Positions 12,561 through 26,329 of a DNA stretch of 64,000 bases are shown piece after piece. The number at the start of each line of letters is the position of its first letter. The stretch's first letter is position 1. Position numbers and translations under genes: made by a program. The DNA is from Octopus sinensis (lineage: Eukaryota). The notes beneath the pieces are model-generated. The model saw nothing but the letters and a program-made list of their open reading frames with translations. It searched no databases and had not been told where the DNA came from. The stretch lies in the NCBI RefSeq assembly GCF_006345805.1, contig NC_042999.1:123814001-123878000 (forward strand), given 5' to 3'.

Positions 12561-14292
12561 TAATTATACATATTTAACAGAAAATATCAGTGTTAAACAA
12601 GCATCTTGAAAATGTGTCTATATTTTCAATCAAGCCTGTATCATTACCCAATTGAGTTGCTTGTCATAGAAATTAATCTCTCAGAAGCTGAATGTAATCA
12701 ATATTATTATACTTATATATATATATATATATATATAATATGTGACAATTAGTTGGTTGTCATAATAAAACTCAGAATTTCGGATGTCGGGGCTGAAGTC
12801 TGCTCCAGCATCTCATCAGTTATTAAGACAAAACGCTATGAAAAAAACCCATTGAATTAAGGGAAATTACTCCAATATGCATGGTGAAAGTAATACCTCA
12901 TTCATAGAATCTGCATATGCACACATATACACTCACACATACATGTACGCACACACATGTACGTATATATATCGATGTACGCATACACGAATGTACATAT
13001 ACATACAAACACACATATATACATCTCTCTCTACACACACACATACATACGTGGATATACAAAACAGTTTATACGCACATGCATATACATACACTGAAAA
13101 CGTATATACAAATAAAAACACATACGAAAAATGCACGCATCATTATGTTCATATACACATCTCCATACATACATACACATAACAACATGGATATACAAAA
13201 TGTAGACTATACGCACATGCACATACATATGTAGATAGACATATATACAAATAAAAACACTTACGCAAAAAACATAAACCGTAAAACATTCACATTCACC
13301 ATAAAACTTGAATATACAAATGAGTTATATATGTATATACACAAATACACCCTCCTGTATGAAAATTTCCTATGATAATTAGGTGCTTTTGAGGAGTGGG
13401 AGAAAAAGGAGGAAGGAAGAAACACATTTCCCATAGGTTGATTCCAGAAAGGCTGCCTAATTTTTTAATGTGTAGAATTAAGCCCTTAGAGAGGATAGTG
13501 GTGGAAACCATAAAGACCTTGTGCCTTGAGATATCGACAATGACTATGAGATAAGTCAAGGTGGAGAAAGAGGGAAGAGATGGCTTTAACATAATGAGTT
13601 GTTCACAAACGGATTCAGCAATCCAAAGATGACACATTTATTCAGTTAAAATGCTGCTAGCATTTTGCATCCATCTTGAGAGGAATTAATTTCTTTCTGC
13701 ACGTGTGCATGCACACACACTTAATATACACATACATACATCTTTCACTTTCTGCTCTCATTTCAAAGCAAATGTTGCCTTTCCACTTTCTCCTCCCTTT
13801 CAATTTCTGCTCTCTTCAAAGCGTAAAGAAATAAAAAAAATTTTACAGAAATTAACGAACAATCATATGATCCCATATAATTGACCATACGATCAAATTG
13901 ATAACTTTGCTATTTCAAACAAAAGAATGCCATAAAATAATATCCTTTGGCACACACACACACATACACACTCTAGGTAAAACTTGTGTACAAATTATGC
14001 TATTTCTTGCCATGTGCATGCACAATATAACAGCTCAAATCCAATTGAAATAACCTTTTTCTATTCTGTAATTCGTGTTATGATGAGCAAATTTAAGACC
14101 TGATTTTCGATATAAATTTAAACGGGAGTTTTCCTAGAAACCCTGTCCTTTACCTGTTGTTAGCATGTCCAAAGTGACATATGCGCCCCACCAACCCTCT
14201 ATTTTTTTCCTAAATTTCTTTTGATTCCTATGTTTTCAATACAGGAGATTAGGATTTTATTTTTCTCCCTCCCCACTCCAGTTTTTTTTTTT

Positions 14293-14481
14293 TTTTACTT
14301 GTTTCAGTCGTTTGACTGTGGCCATGCTGGAGCACCGCCTTTAGTCGAGCAAATCAACCCCAGGACTTATTCTTTGTAAGCCCAGTACTTATTCTATCGG
14401 TCTCTTTTGCCGAACCGCTAAGTGACGTGGACGTAAACACACCAGCATCAGTTGTCAATCAATGCTAGGGGACAAACACAA

Positions 14482-14515
<34 letters not shown>

Positions 14516-14666
14516 GTACATATATACGACAGGCTTCTTTCAGTTTCCGTCTACCAAATCCACTCACAAGGCATTGGTCGGCTCGGGGCTATAGCAGAAG
14601 ACACTTGCCCAAGACGCCACGCAGTGGGACTGAACCCGGAACCATGTGGTTGGTTAGCAAGCTACT
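14293..14666 (-). mobile_element. Young SINE family A copy
   Basis: CpG-retaining; shares diagnostic variants (CCAATGCCTTG, GTACTGGGCTT, GTCACTTAGCGG) with the copy at 47580-47927. Confidence 0.9.
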
Positions 14667-14912
14667 CCAGTTTCTTAATTTTTACTTTTTTGCAAATTTT
14701 CTTCTTGGTAACCCACGGAGAAAAAAAAAACAGAGAGTATGAATCTTTAAGAATTTCTTCTTCCTTTTTTCTTAAAGAAACACTAAAATCTCCTTACAAA
14801 ACATCCACCCATCACCTCACCACTTTGAAAAAGCTACAAACTCCCAATGTTTCACTTTTTGAAAAGCAGGGAAATTTTTTCAGGAATAATGTCATTTACC
14901 TGTTGTTTCTAG

Positions 14913-15035
14913 CATGTTGGATTTTCTGGCGATGGTCTGGTATTTTTTACATCTGCTATTCCAGTACAATTCTATGCATGCATGAAACATCAGATGAAAG
15001 TAAAACATTAGGAGGTTTTAGCATTTTGAAAGCAG
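14913..15035 (+). CDS. Candidate isolated exon (123 nt, open in phase 1-1), unknown product
   Basis: ttacctgttgtttctag|C..GCAG|gtaggt; reads CWIFWRWSGIFYICYSSTILCMHETSDESKTLGGFSILKA; no homolog recognised. Confidence 0.2.
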
Positions 15036-15516
15036 GTAGGTGATGGGTTAGGGCGAGGTGGGAGAAGGGACATTGAGTGTTTCTTTAAGAAAAATTAAAC
15101 TTTAAAAAAAGATATATATTTCCAAGATTTGCAATCTCTGTATTTTTCTATTTGGATAAAGAGAACAAATTCAAAATAAATTACAAATTAAGAAATTGTG
15201 GTAAAGATGGGGGGAAATTAAAATTTTGAAAATGTGATTTATGGGCAAAATCGAATTAACCCCTTTTTATACAATAAAAAAATACATAGTTTGCAATCAT
15301 TCTTAAGAACAGAAAGCATTTTTATGCAAACCCATGCAAATTGTATCCTCTCCACCTTCACTTTTAAACAAACAATAACTTCCATTATGCCAGTAATCCA
15401 GTTCACTATATATCAGCTGTTCCAATTCTGCTCTTAAGAAAGGAACAAACAATGCAATGTGACTGTAGGTCATAACACTCAGGCAACACTGGGATGCATT
15501 GCTAGTATATATACAG

Positions 15517-15565
<49 letters not shown>

Positions 15566-18262
15566 GTATACAATATATATGTGTATATATATTGTGTGTG
15601 AGAATGTTGCATATAAGTAAGTATGATAGAAGTTGCTTATAAATCTGTATGCTGGTTTTCATTTACTCCTCCTTGCAGAGCTAATATGTCCATTGCCAGG
15701 TATAGCTCAAAATTATCTCTAATCTATAGAACTGATGTTTTTTATATTTCTGAGTTAAATCTATTCAAAATACAATATGCTGAAAATAGAATATTCTTTC
15801 AAAATATAAAAAGAAAATAGACTATGGTAATGCCTACTATTTATAGCAGATGACCTAATGCATATGATCAGTATTTCTAATATCTTGTAATCTATTATTT
15901 TGTAATGCCAATTTCAAAAGCAAATTATATCAAGAAATATAGCAGAGAAATCTCTTTAATCTTCCTTTTTGAATAAACAGATACAAAAGCTAACAAGATA
16001 ATTGGGTGTTTAGAATAAATTTTCAATAAACAACTGTAACTAAGAGCTGATTGGCTATTTTAGTTTAATGAGCAAATACTCCTAGGTATTGGCTGTATGT
16101 TTATACATTTCTTGCTTTTTTTGTGTGTGTTTTGTTTTTCAAAGAAATAATTCTGAATATTTCTTTAAATTTCTGATAACTTGTATTGAATATATTTTTG
16201 TACCATGCTCCAAATCTAGTATCATTTCAGTAGTATCTTTCAAATGTATTGATCAAGTGAATACAGTTTAGTTAAATTAGACAAATCTGGAATGTTCTTA
16301 ATTTCATTTTTTTTAAAATTTACAAGAAAATATATGATACTGCTATGATAACAAAAACATTAGATAATTTAGGCCCTATATTGACTATGACACTTTTATG
16401 TATGATGTGCCAGCCATTGTTTTTCTAAACTATAACTATGACCATGTAGCTTTAGTTATTAATGACAGTATAATGTTCAGCTGCTATGATTATCATCGCC
16501 ATAAGCGAAAGAAAGAGAATTGCTAATGTTATGATTACCAATTTCAATTGTTACTACTGTTGGATTTCTTTTTTTCAGAGAGAGATACTGCATTTCATAC
16601 TTTTTTTGCTTGTTATAATATTTAGTTATTATTCTCCTTGGGAATAACATCTCTATCACTATGGTTATATGCTTTATATCCAAATTTTAATCTTTAATAC
16701 TGTTTTCATCTTTGGTGATCTCCAATGAAGCCATTCTTGGATAAGGTGTCTAGTCAAAAGAATGGATTTTATGGCTTTAATCACGAGCTTACAATAACAA
16801 CTTTGTGGATACTCTTTTAAATTCACAGAAAATCCATCATTATAAAGCCACTACATAATCCTTGATCCTGTATATCAAAGGAGTTTTTATTTCAATCCCA
16901 AACAGTCAATATCCTTTATTTTATTTTATTACTAACACCATGATCTTTCCCTATGCTCTATCAAGCAGATATTCTATACAATGAAATGTAGCCACTATCA
17001 AAAACTCATTCATGCAGTAATAAAGCAGAATCTCTCAATATTTTCCTATATAATCAACTATCTTTTTTCTTACTTTACAGCTTTGTGATAATCCACAACA
17101 TTGATTTGGTTAATATTTTTTTTATTTTCTTATTCTCACACTTGAATATTTTACAAAGAGACAAGAAAGTAAGAACTAAAGGTTTGTTTCTCTATGGTGT
17201 TTCTTCAGAAAATAGACAGAAAATATATTTACACATGCTTTTTATAAATTTAAGTATTCTTATATCCTTTCATTTGGATGCTTTAATTACGTATCAGTAG
17301 GCTCAGAGTAAATATCATAAAAATCAATCCCTGTTGCTTTTCCATTGATGTTTTTGAGTTGTTCAGCTCTATGCTTACTTCTTCAAAATGGAAAGAAAAA
17401 TTAAGCTGCCAATTTAATTTATATTCATTATTGACCAAAATCTAAACAATTCAGAATTTTACCTGAAAAGCAAAATGTTAAAACTTTTAAATGCAGAACT
17501 ATCAATGGTTCAAGTTAGAAAAAAATCATTCTATTAAATTGAAACAAAAGATATGTTACTGAAGCCTTTATGTCAAATATTCAATGAATTTAAAAAATTA
17601 AATAAAAACAGAAAAATGGAAAAGAAAGTGAAACAAATAGAAACTTTAAAATATGTCTCTACGAATGAAAAAAACTATTCCATCTCAAAAGAAAATCAGT
17701 AGAAAGGCTTCTGATTAAAAAAAAACTGAAGTTTTCTCCAGTTTATTTTCTTGCTGTTTATAATGTGCCTTAAATTTCAAACTACACTCATTCCCAAGCA
17801 GTTGCTGTAACTATAATATGTAAATGACAAGGAATAAAAATCAAAATGTCAAGCTAGCAACCTACAGCAATTTATACACATGCATGACCTTTTGGTTGAA
17901 ACTAAACATTTGTTTAATTATAATAAAAACATTTTCCCATCATTGTAAGAAAGAATCAGTGATAATTTAATTAATTAACTGTTTAATTCTTCTAATTTTA
18001 CTAGTAATAACATATTGCAGAATGTCAAAAAAAAAAAAAAATGGGACTGGTTGTATTCCTTAGAAGTAATTTCATTAATCGTTGGAAATGTCTTTCATAT
18101 AAAATGATTTGTTTATGTCCACATGGAGTATTTAAGTTGTTTGGCAAACACAGGTTTATGAAAATCTGATTTGGTTTTATCCAATCATGCATCATGCAAG
18201 TACCTTCTGCAATAGCTTCATTGAGTGGAATTTGGTTGATAGAAACTGTAAAGAACTGTAAA

Positions 18263-18488
18263 GGCGGTGAGCAGGCAGAAACGTTAGCATGCTGGGTGAA
18301 CTGCTTAGTGGTATTTCGTCTGCCGTTATGTTCTGAGTTCAAATTCCGCTGAGGTTGACTTTGCCTTTCATACTTTTGGGATCGATAAATTAAGTACTAG
18401 TTACGCACTGGGGATGATATAATTGACTTAGTCCGTTTGTCTGTCCCCTCTGTGTATAGCCCCTTGTGGGCAGTAAAGAAATAAGAAA
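18263..18488 (+). mobile_element. SINE family B
   Basis: GGCGGTGAGCAGGCAGAAACGTTAGC head, GAGTTCAAATTCC B-box, AAGTACTAGTTACGCACTGGG, CCCCTTGTGGGCAGTAAAGAAATAAG tail. Confidence 0.85.
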
Positions 18489-18989
18489 CTGTAAAGAAAC
18501 CATCCCAAGCATGTGCTTTTAGATTCAATCTCACTACTGGCATCTTGAGTAAGAATCTTCTGCACAGTGTTGCTCCAGCATGACTGCAGCCATATGGCTG
18601 AAATGAGTAAAAGAGTATATCCCTGGGCCAACCAAAGCCTTGTGAGAGGATTTGGTAGATGACATCTGAAAGAAGCTTATCATATATATGTATATATACA
18701 TACATATGTGCATGTGTGTGTATGCATGTGTGCGTGTTTGTACTTCCTCAACTTCTTGGGTCATGTGATATTTGTAAATGATTGTCACTGTTATACAAGT
18801 GGTGTCATTCATTTCCAGTCTTTCATGACAGTATGATCAGTCATAGGGAAAAATTACTTTGCTTGGAAACAAGTGAAAGCTGATGTCACGAAGGGCTTCC
18901 AGCCATAGGAAAGTCTACATCAATGAACTCTGTCTGACCCCTGCAAGCATGGAAAAGTGGGTGTTGACGATGATGAAAAGGGGGAGGAG

Positions 18990-19257
18990 ATTAGTGGTAG
19001 TAGTAATAATGATGACTATAATGACGATGACAACAGTGATGATGATGATGGTGATGATGTCACAACAAATTCTGTCTCAACATATCCTGTCTGATCCATG
19101 CAAGTGGACATTAAAAAAACAGAGTTGATGATGAGGGTGGTGGAGGTGATTATAGTGGTGGTGGCAGTGGTGGTTGTAAGGTTATGGTAGTAGTGGTGGT
19201 TGGGGTGTGGGGGTGATGGTATCAGCAGCATCAGTAGCAGTGGTGACAATGATTCCA

Positions 19258-19288
<31 letters not shown>

Positions 19289-19450
19289 CAGTGATGATGT
19301 TGAAGATCACTGTAGCATCATTGAAAATGAGCAACTACAACAATAGCAGTTATAACAACAACTATGACCCCAATGAACACAATGACCACAATACGGACAA
19401 CGATCACAATAACAATTGCAATGACCACAACAATAACAAGAGGGTGATTA
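18990..19450. repeat. Mixed trinucleotide tracts (GAT, GGT, AAC)
   Basis: Direct inspection; similar tracts at 10590-10690, 31295-31337, 39840-39900, 49140-49230 and 57040-57105. Confidence 0.85.
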
Positions 19451-19568
19451 TTTGTACTTTGATTTACACAGTACTCTAACAGTTTGCAAGATTTCACTTC
19501 AACATGAATTTGGATTCGATTAATTTTCTCTTTTCCATTTTACCTCTTCTTCCACATTCTCATATCAT

Positions 19569-19700
19569 AGATGCAGGCATGGATGTGTGGTAAGAAGCTT
19601 GCTTCCCAACCACCTGGTTCCAGGTTCAGTTCCACTGTATGACACTTTGGGCAAACGTCTTTTGCTATAGCCTCGGACCAACCAAAGTCTTGTGAGTATA
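19569..19700 (+). mobile_element. SINE family A 5' half
   Basis: GCAGGCATGGATGTGTGGTAAGAAGCTTGCTTCCCAACCAC..CCAAAGTCTTGTGAG, ending just before the Helitron end. Confidence 0.85.
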
Positions 19701-19706
19701 TATATA

Positions 19707-20264
19707 TGAGCAAAACGCCCCCCGTCCAATGGACAGTGCTGAGTTGTCAAATATTTACACCAAATTTTCTCAAAACAACTTGTCCAACTGTCCCATAGGC
19801 CTCCCCTTTGAGAAACACCGATTTAACCTAAATTTGAGACACCAGCAAAAGAAGAAATAAAGATAGACTTTTTTTCTATTCCAAAGAAAAACGGTTTTAT
19901 TCACACAAATATGCAACCGAAAAATTTTAAGTACCAGTAATGATAAGGCTGTTGACTGGGAGAACACAAACATGGTTTAAACAGTAAGCTTGGCAGGAAA
20001 GAAATGTGCCTTTAAGCAGTACAAAAACAACAAAAAATGGAAGGTGCAGTTATGTACAGTTTGACGGAAGAAAAGTAGGACAAAAATGGCTTTATCAATC
20101 GCATTCTCACCTGAAATCAATTTTTGTAATTTTTTCGAGACATATACATGCCCTGATACCGTTGGTATCTACATATCAAATTTGAGCGCAATCGGATGGG
20201 GGATGCCAAGATCTGAGAAGTTACACACACAGACAGACAGACACAATGGATTTTATATAAGTGA
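19707..20264 (-). mobile_element. Non-autonomous Helitron-like element, copy 1
   Basis: On the minus strand: A^TCACTTATATAAAA..(GTCT)n start; 3' GTCC-ATT-GGAC hairpin followed by GGGGCGTTTTGCTCA^T; termini shared with 46875-47420. Confidence 0.7.
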
Positions 20265-20556
20265 TATGTATGTACGCTTATGTATATATATGTGTGTGTG
20301 TGTGTGTGTTTATAATAAAGAAGGCAGCTATATGCAATATAAAACCAAAAAGGAAAAATTCAATTGTCACTAATTGTGATTGACAGTGCAAGGTAGAACT
20401 TACATTGCTATTAATAGGAGTTAAAACCCCTTAACCACGAGGAAGCACAGCTCCATACACTGACAAGGGAGATAACCATCCCACAGTGAGCGAGATCACT
20501 ATACTAGCCTCAGTCTTGCTTAAAATTAAAGCTCATCAATAGTGACTACATACATA

Positions 20557-20816
20557 CATATATATAAATGTACTTATGCAAGTATATCTGTGTGTGTGTG
20601 TGTCTTTGTGTCTGTGTTTGACCCCACCACAGCTTGACAACCGGTGTTGGTGTGATTACATCCCCATAACATAGTGGTTCAGCAAAACAGACCAATAGAA
20701 TAAGTACTAGGCTTACAAAGAGTAAGTCCTGAGGTTGATTTGATTGACTAAGAGCTTCCAAGGTGGTGCCCCAGTATGGCCAGCGTTAAATGACTGAAAC
20801 AAGGAAAAGATAAAAG
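20557..20816 (+). mobile_element. SINE family A 3' half
   Basis: TTGACAACCGGTGTTGGTG..AATAAGTACTAGGCTTACAAAG..ATGACTGAAACAAG tail. Confidence 0.85.
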
Positions 20817-21401
20817 AATTTTCAGCTTTTCCATTTTTCCTTTCATTTCACTTTTAGTGTGTTTCTTTGATAGTGAGGTAGACTAATATTTATGTCAAAA
20901 ATTATATTTTTATATATTTTGAAATATTTTAGAGATTGAGCAATAGAGTTTCATATATCAAAAAACCCAATTTCAGAGGAAATGAAAATTAATATATTAA
21001 ATCAACTTCAAAATGGGAAGGAAAGGCTTTAACAGATTAACGGGAGCTACAAAACAGTTTAATATAAAGGAAGCATCTATTAGAACATTTAATATTAAAA
21101 AGAAATAAAGTTAAAGAATCGGCGATTGTATAAAACATACATCATACATGTGCAGAAACATAATGGAAACAAATTATTGAGATAAAAGATAAAATCCAAT
21201 TTCCAACAGCACCCATATACACATACATAAATACATACATACATACATACATATATATATAGCTATACATACATATATATGTATTTATGTATGTGTGTAT
21301 ATATATATGTACACATACATATTTACATATATATGTAAACATATGTATCCATATATATATAAATATATGCACACACATGTATAAACATATATGTGTATGT
21401 T

Positions 21402-21459
<58 letters not shown>

Positions 21460-22701
21460 GTATGTGTCTATCTCTTTATTTATCTATCTATCTATTTATC
21501 TATCTATGTATCTATCTATATATGTAATATGCACATATATATATATAATATACATACATGTAAGTGTGTGTATGTGTGCCTTATATAGACACACACACAA
21601 TAATTATATTTATTATCTGCATTTCAATAAATAATTGTCTAATTTTTGTTTATGTGGGTGCTTTTTTTTTTATTAATAACATCACTAACATATATTCTTG
21701 AATTTGCATGATTTCAATTTGCACAATGATTCATAGAACCAATCTATTCTGCAAACTGAAAGACAAATCTGTTTGTGTGTGTCTGTGTACACGCATATAT
21801 GTGTTAGCAGGCACTCACATGTATGTGTAAATGTGTGTCTGTGAAAGTGTGTGCATACATGCACTCACACGTGTGTGTGAATATGTGTGTGTGTGTGTGT
21901 GTGGTGTGTGTGTGTGTGTGTGTATACCTTCATGAAATTATATCAGCAAAGGATGTGAACACCAATGATAAAAGTCACTTTTTGCATAAAGTCTCTTTCA
22001 TTGGTTCAGACACTTCCTGGCTACTCTGTCGATAAGAAATGCAATGAACCAATATTTGAAACCAATTGGAAACCTGTAACTAATGATGCCATCGTTTACT
22101 AATGGCAATATAAAATAAATAAATATAAATAAGTGATGCTGAAAGTATCTATGTTAAAATCAGTAGCAAACTTTCATATTACAAAGCTATGCCTAATTTC
22201 ATACTGATAGCCAAGAGACAGTTGTTCTTTTAAGGTTCCATTAAGATACTAATGTCTAGTTTCTTTTGTCATATTCCTGATCACATGATGGTTATTTACT
22301 TAAGTGTTTCCCCAACCATCATAGTATGTAGTTAGTAGGCATCAAATCATATTAAGGATACACGATGTTCTATGAGTGAAACCTGTTCAAAGCATTAATA
22401 TAAAGGAATTTTATATACTCACTGTGGTTAATATTACCATTTTATGCAAACACAGGCAATGAAGGGAATACTATTTGTGGCCAAGTCTACCTCAAATCAT
22501 ATCACACTCTACCAAATTCAAAAATTCAAGGACATAGAATAACGTAGTCCTTGATACACTGTGCCTAGAAAAAACAAAAAAAAAACAAAAACCAAATTGA
22601 TGGGATGGCTGTGACTGGAAGGCTTTTGATCATAGGTCTACCCAATCAGAGCTGACCTGGGGCTAAGCAACAATAACACAGCCGATATTTTACTTGAATC
22701 T

Positions 22702-23277
22702 TATTGGGTTGTCCGGAAAGTTCGTGCTGATTTATAGCAGCTTACCTTTTGACTTATTTTAGAGCATGTTAGAGTCTATAAAATAGGTTTTGACTACACC
22801 TTCATTTAGAGCACAGTTTAAGCTAACCTTTCGTGAAAGAAGTTATGCTCCTATAACCTGTGTTAATTCTGTAACCCTTTAAAATGGAAGATAAGAAAGA
22901 TCATTTTCGGCACTTCATGCTTTTCTTTTTCCGTAAAGGGAAAAATGCCTCTCAAGCAACCAAAGAAATATGCGCAGTTTACGGTGATGTTTCTTTATCC
23001 AAAAGAACAGTATGGAAGTGGCTCACAAGGTTCCAAGCTGGAGATTGTAGCCTTATTGATAAAGAGCGATCAGGCAGACCATCCACTACAGATGATGACC
23101 AAATCAAGTAATTAATTGAGAATAACCCACATTGCACAACCCGAGAATTGGCAGAAAGCCTCAACCTATCAAAATCCGTCCTTCATGAGCACCTGGTAAA
23201 ACTTGGGTAATGGCAAGTATTTATTGACCTTTTTCTTTCCTTTAAAAATTGGCATGAACTTTCTGGACAACCCAATA
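22702..23277 (+). mobile_element. Internally deleted mariner element with both TIRs
   Basis: TATTGGGTTGTCCGGAAAGTTCGTGC ... GCATGAACTTTCTGGACAACCCAATA inverted termini with TA ends; contains the transposase N-terminus. Confidence 0.92.
22884..23210 (+). pseudogene. Mariner transposase N-terminal DNA-binding region (mellifera-subfamily-like), one internal stop, catalytic domain deleted
   Basis: MEDKKDHFRHFMLFFFRKGKNASQATKEICAVYG..RSGRPS..IK*LIENNPHCTTRELAESLNLSKSVLHEHLVKLG; joins directly to an NGKY-like C-terminal end. Confidence 0.9.
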
Positions 23278-23590
23278 CAACTATGATAATATATTTGAAT
23301 ACTGTAGCACTTCTACTTTTATAAACTTCTGTATTGTAATCAATCATCTAGCCGTACTTTATTGACATATTGGTAAACTTAGCCAGACTTAATTGGGGTT
23401 ATATTTTATTTATTTATCTATTCATTTATTTATTTATTTATTGCTTTATATATTCTTCCAAGAAAACCACATTATATATTTATTTTGAGACTATAACGAA
23501 CATCTCAACAGCTCAAATTGTATACTTATTAAAAGACAACCCCAGTATTTACAGATATGTTGGTATTGTGATAAATGATAAGTACGACTA

Positions 23591-23810
23591 GAGTGGCAAG
23601 CTGGCAGAATTGTTAGCACACCAGGCAAAATACTTAGCAGCATTTCCTCGATCTTTATATTCTGAGTTCAAATTCTGCCGCGTCAGCTTTGCCTTTCATC
23701 CCTTCGGGGTCAATCAATTAATACCTGCTGAAGAGAGGGATTGATCTAATCGACTTATCCCCTCCTTGAAATTTCTGGCCTTGTGCTCAAATTTGAAACC
23801 AATAATTACT
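23591..23810 (+). mobile_element. SINE family B
   Basis: GTGGCAAGCTGGCAGAATTGTTAGCAC head, GAGTTCAAATTC B-box, AATTTGAAACCAAT tail variant. Confidence 0.8.
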
Positions 23811-24237
23811 ATGATTCAAATGTAAGACTCAAGATGCTTTCTTTCTTTTTTGTCTTGATTCAGTCAGAGGAGGAAAGGTAGTGTCTGTGACCTTTTTGAG
23901 AACCTCAGAGACTGATGGAAGAAAGAAAAAGAAATCATAACTCATGAGTTGTCTTCAGGCTTAGACTGGGCTCAATGCTTGCAATGCACTACACACTGCT
24001 AAATGCACTCAAGGATCAGCCAATTATATTAAGCCAAGCAGTGACTTAGATCAAATTCCTAAGAACAGGTACAGTCCTTCTCAGACTTCATAGTTTGTAT
24101 CAAGCCAATTTGAATCACAAAGTTTTGCTTGGCCCATTGTAATTGATCTCAGAACCAAAAGAATGTGGAGTCAACTGCTGAACCACATGTCCATGCTTTC
24201 AATTATATTACAGTGCTGTTATGATAAATAAATTGAG

Positions 24238-24460
24238 GAAGGTGGCAAGCTGGCAGAAATGTTAGCATGCTGGGCGAAAATGCTTAGTGGCATTTCATCT
24301 GTCTTTACGTTCTGAGTTCAAATTCTGTCGATATTGATGTTGCCTTTCATCCTTTCGGGGTTGATGAATTAAGTACCAGTTGCATACTGGAGTTGATCTA
24401 ATCAACTGGCCCCACTCCCAAAAAATTTTGGGCCTTGTGCCTAGAGTAGAAAAGAAAATA
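24238..24460 (+). mobile_element. SINE family B
   Basis: GGTGGCAAGCTGGCAGAAATGTTAGCATGCTGGGCG..TTAAGTACCAGTTG..GGCCTTGTGCCTAGAGTAGAAAAG. Confidence 0.85.
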
Positions 24461-24519
24461 GTAAGTAAATTGAGGGCAAATAACTCTATAAACTGGGGTG
24501 AAACCTCAGATATACGTAT

Positions 24520-24890
24520 CTTTTATATTTTATCTTTTACTTATTTCAGACATAGACTGCGGCTATGCTGGGGCACCACCTTAAAGAATTTTTAGTCAAA
24601 AGTATTGACTCCAAGTATTGCCAAACCATGGGGATGTAAACACATCAGCACTGGTTGTCAAGCAGTAGTGGGAAGACAAACACAGACACAAAAACACACA
24701 TGCATAGATATATACAGACATATGTATGATGGGCTTCTTTCAGTTTCTGTCTATCAAATCCACTCACAAGGCTTTGGTCAGCCCAAGGCTATAATAGAAG
24801 ACACTTGCGCAAGGTGACACACAGTGGGACTGAACCCAGGATCATGTGGTTAGGAAACAAGCATATTACCACACAGCCACACCTGCACAT
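24520..24890 (-). mobile_element. Full-length SINE family A
   Basis: Reverse orientation, from tail to head (accacacagccacacctgcac). Confidence 0.85.
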
Positions 24891-25939
24891 AGATGTTTTG
24901 GAACGTTTGTGTTCTTTTCCTTTACAAGCATGTTAGAAGCATATGATATACAGTTCTGTGAATTGCGACCAGGTTAATCTAAATATACTAAAGTTATCTT
25001 AAAAGTCTTCTGTCACATGGTTTCTTACAAGAGAAGTTCAATGAAATCAAAGCACCTAGTAAGAATTAAGTTCCAAAAAATATATTAAAAATCATCTTCA
25101 TTTTGAGAAAAGTATATTGTACAATCTACAAACTATGTGTTAATGATCTTGAGATTAGATAAAAAAATAATTTTGTATAAAAGAAATTTTTTTTAAATAT
25201 TGCAACTTTACTTTGCATTTCTGTAATGGAAATCCTTAATATTTTGTTATGAAAAAGAAATGTTCTATTTATAAATTTACCACATTTCATTCAATGCAAT
25301 TTCACAGGAATTGTATACTCCTAGATCTTAGCATTAGTTATAAACTCAAGAATCTTAAAACTGAAAAGAAAAAATAGAAGTTAAAGTTGTGCATTCTTAT
25401 CGCTTAGACTGTATTTCACATTTCTGATTCATGAATAAGATTGCTTTCAAAAAATATCATTATCTTTTCACTCTCATCTTACTGGCTTTAGCTTCTGATT
25501 TATCTATAAAAGTTGTAACTCTTTACTTAGCTGATATCACTGATAACAAGAGATAAGTCGACACCAATCAGTTTAAGAATCTTTCTGAAGGAAATTGTTA
25601 ACAAAATATTTTTTTATTAGGTGTTTAATCAGATGCTTTTTCAAAAGAAAAAAAAAAATCAGGATAATGTGCTTGCTGATAGTGCATGACTGGTGACTGA
25701 AAATAGCTGATGTAACAATCTACACTAAAGCTTTTAACATCATGCTTCTCAAAAAGTAAAATTGTAAATGCACTAAAAGTTCAATATTCTTACTATGTAT
25801 TAAGTCTAACATAGAACCTTGAATTAGAAATATTTCAAGAGTTGCTTTCCATATATATGCATCTTCCAATCAGATTTACAATTCAAGTATTAAATTCATA
25901 CAGATTTTCAAAGTTAGTCCTTACATGGAATATTTGTTT

Positions 25940-26217
25940 CAAATTTTGGCACAAGGCTAGCAATTCTGGAGAAGGGGCTAAGTCCTTACATGGAATATTT
26001 CAAATTCTGGTGCAAGGCTAGTAATTTTGGGAGAGGGGCTAAGTCGTTTACATTAACCCCAGTACTCAACTGGTATTTATTTTATCAACCCTGAAAGGAT
26101 GAAAGTCAAAGTCGACCATGGCAGAATTTGAACTCATAATATAAAGACAGATGAAATGCAGCTCAGCATTTTGCCCAGTGTGCTAACAATTCTGCCAGCT
26201 CACCACCTCCTTACATG
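25940..26217 (-). mobile_element. SINE family B with short tandem duplication of its tail
   Basis: ttcaaatt..ggcacaaggctag..gagaggggctaagtc present twice, then body and head gccagctcaccacctcc. Confidence 0.8.
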
Positions 26218-26329
26218 GGGTACTGAAGGGAAATTTGTAGAAAGAAGATCAACTGGGATAAACATGGTCATTGTTTTTGTGCCTTCTTTTCTGAGCTGGC
26301 ATAGATTGGACAAGACCATTGGAGACAGT

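Noticed and set aside
14462-15043. Longest ORF in the track (193 aa)
   Set aside because: The N-terminal part is antisense SINE A plus (TA)n and the middle is low-complexity flank; only the last 123 nt is kept as a weak exon candidate.
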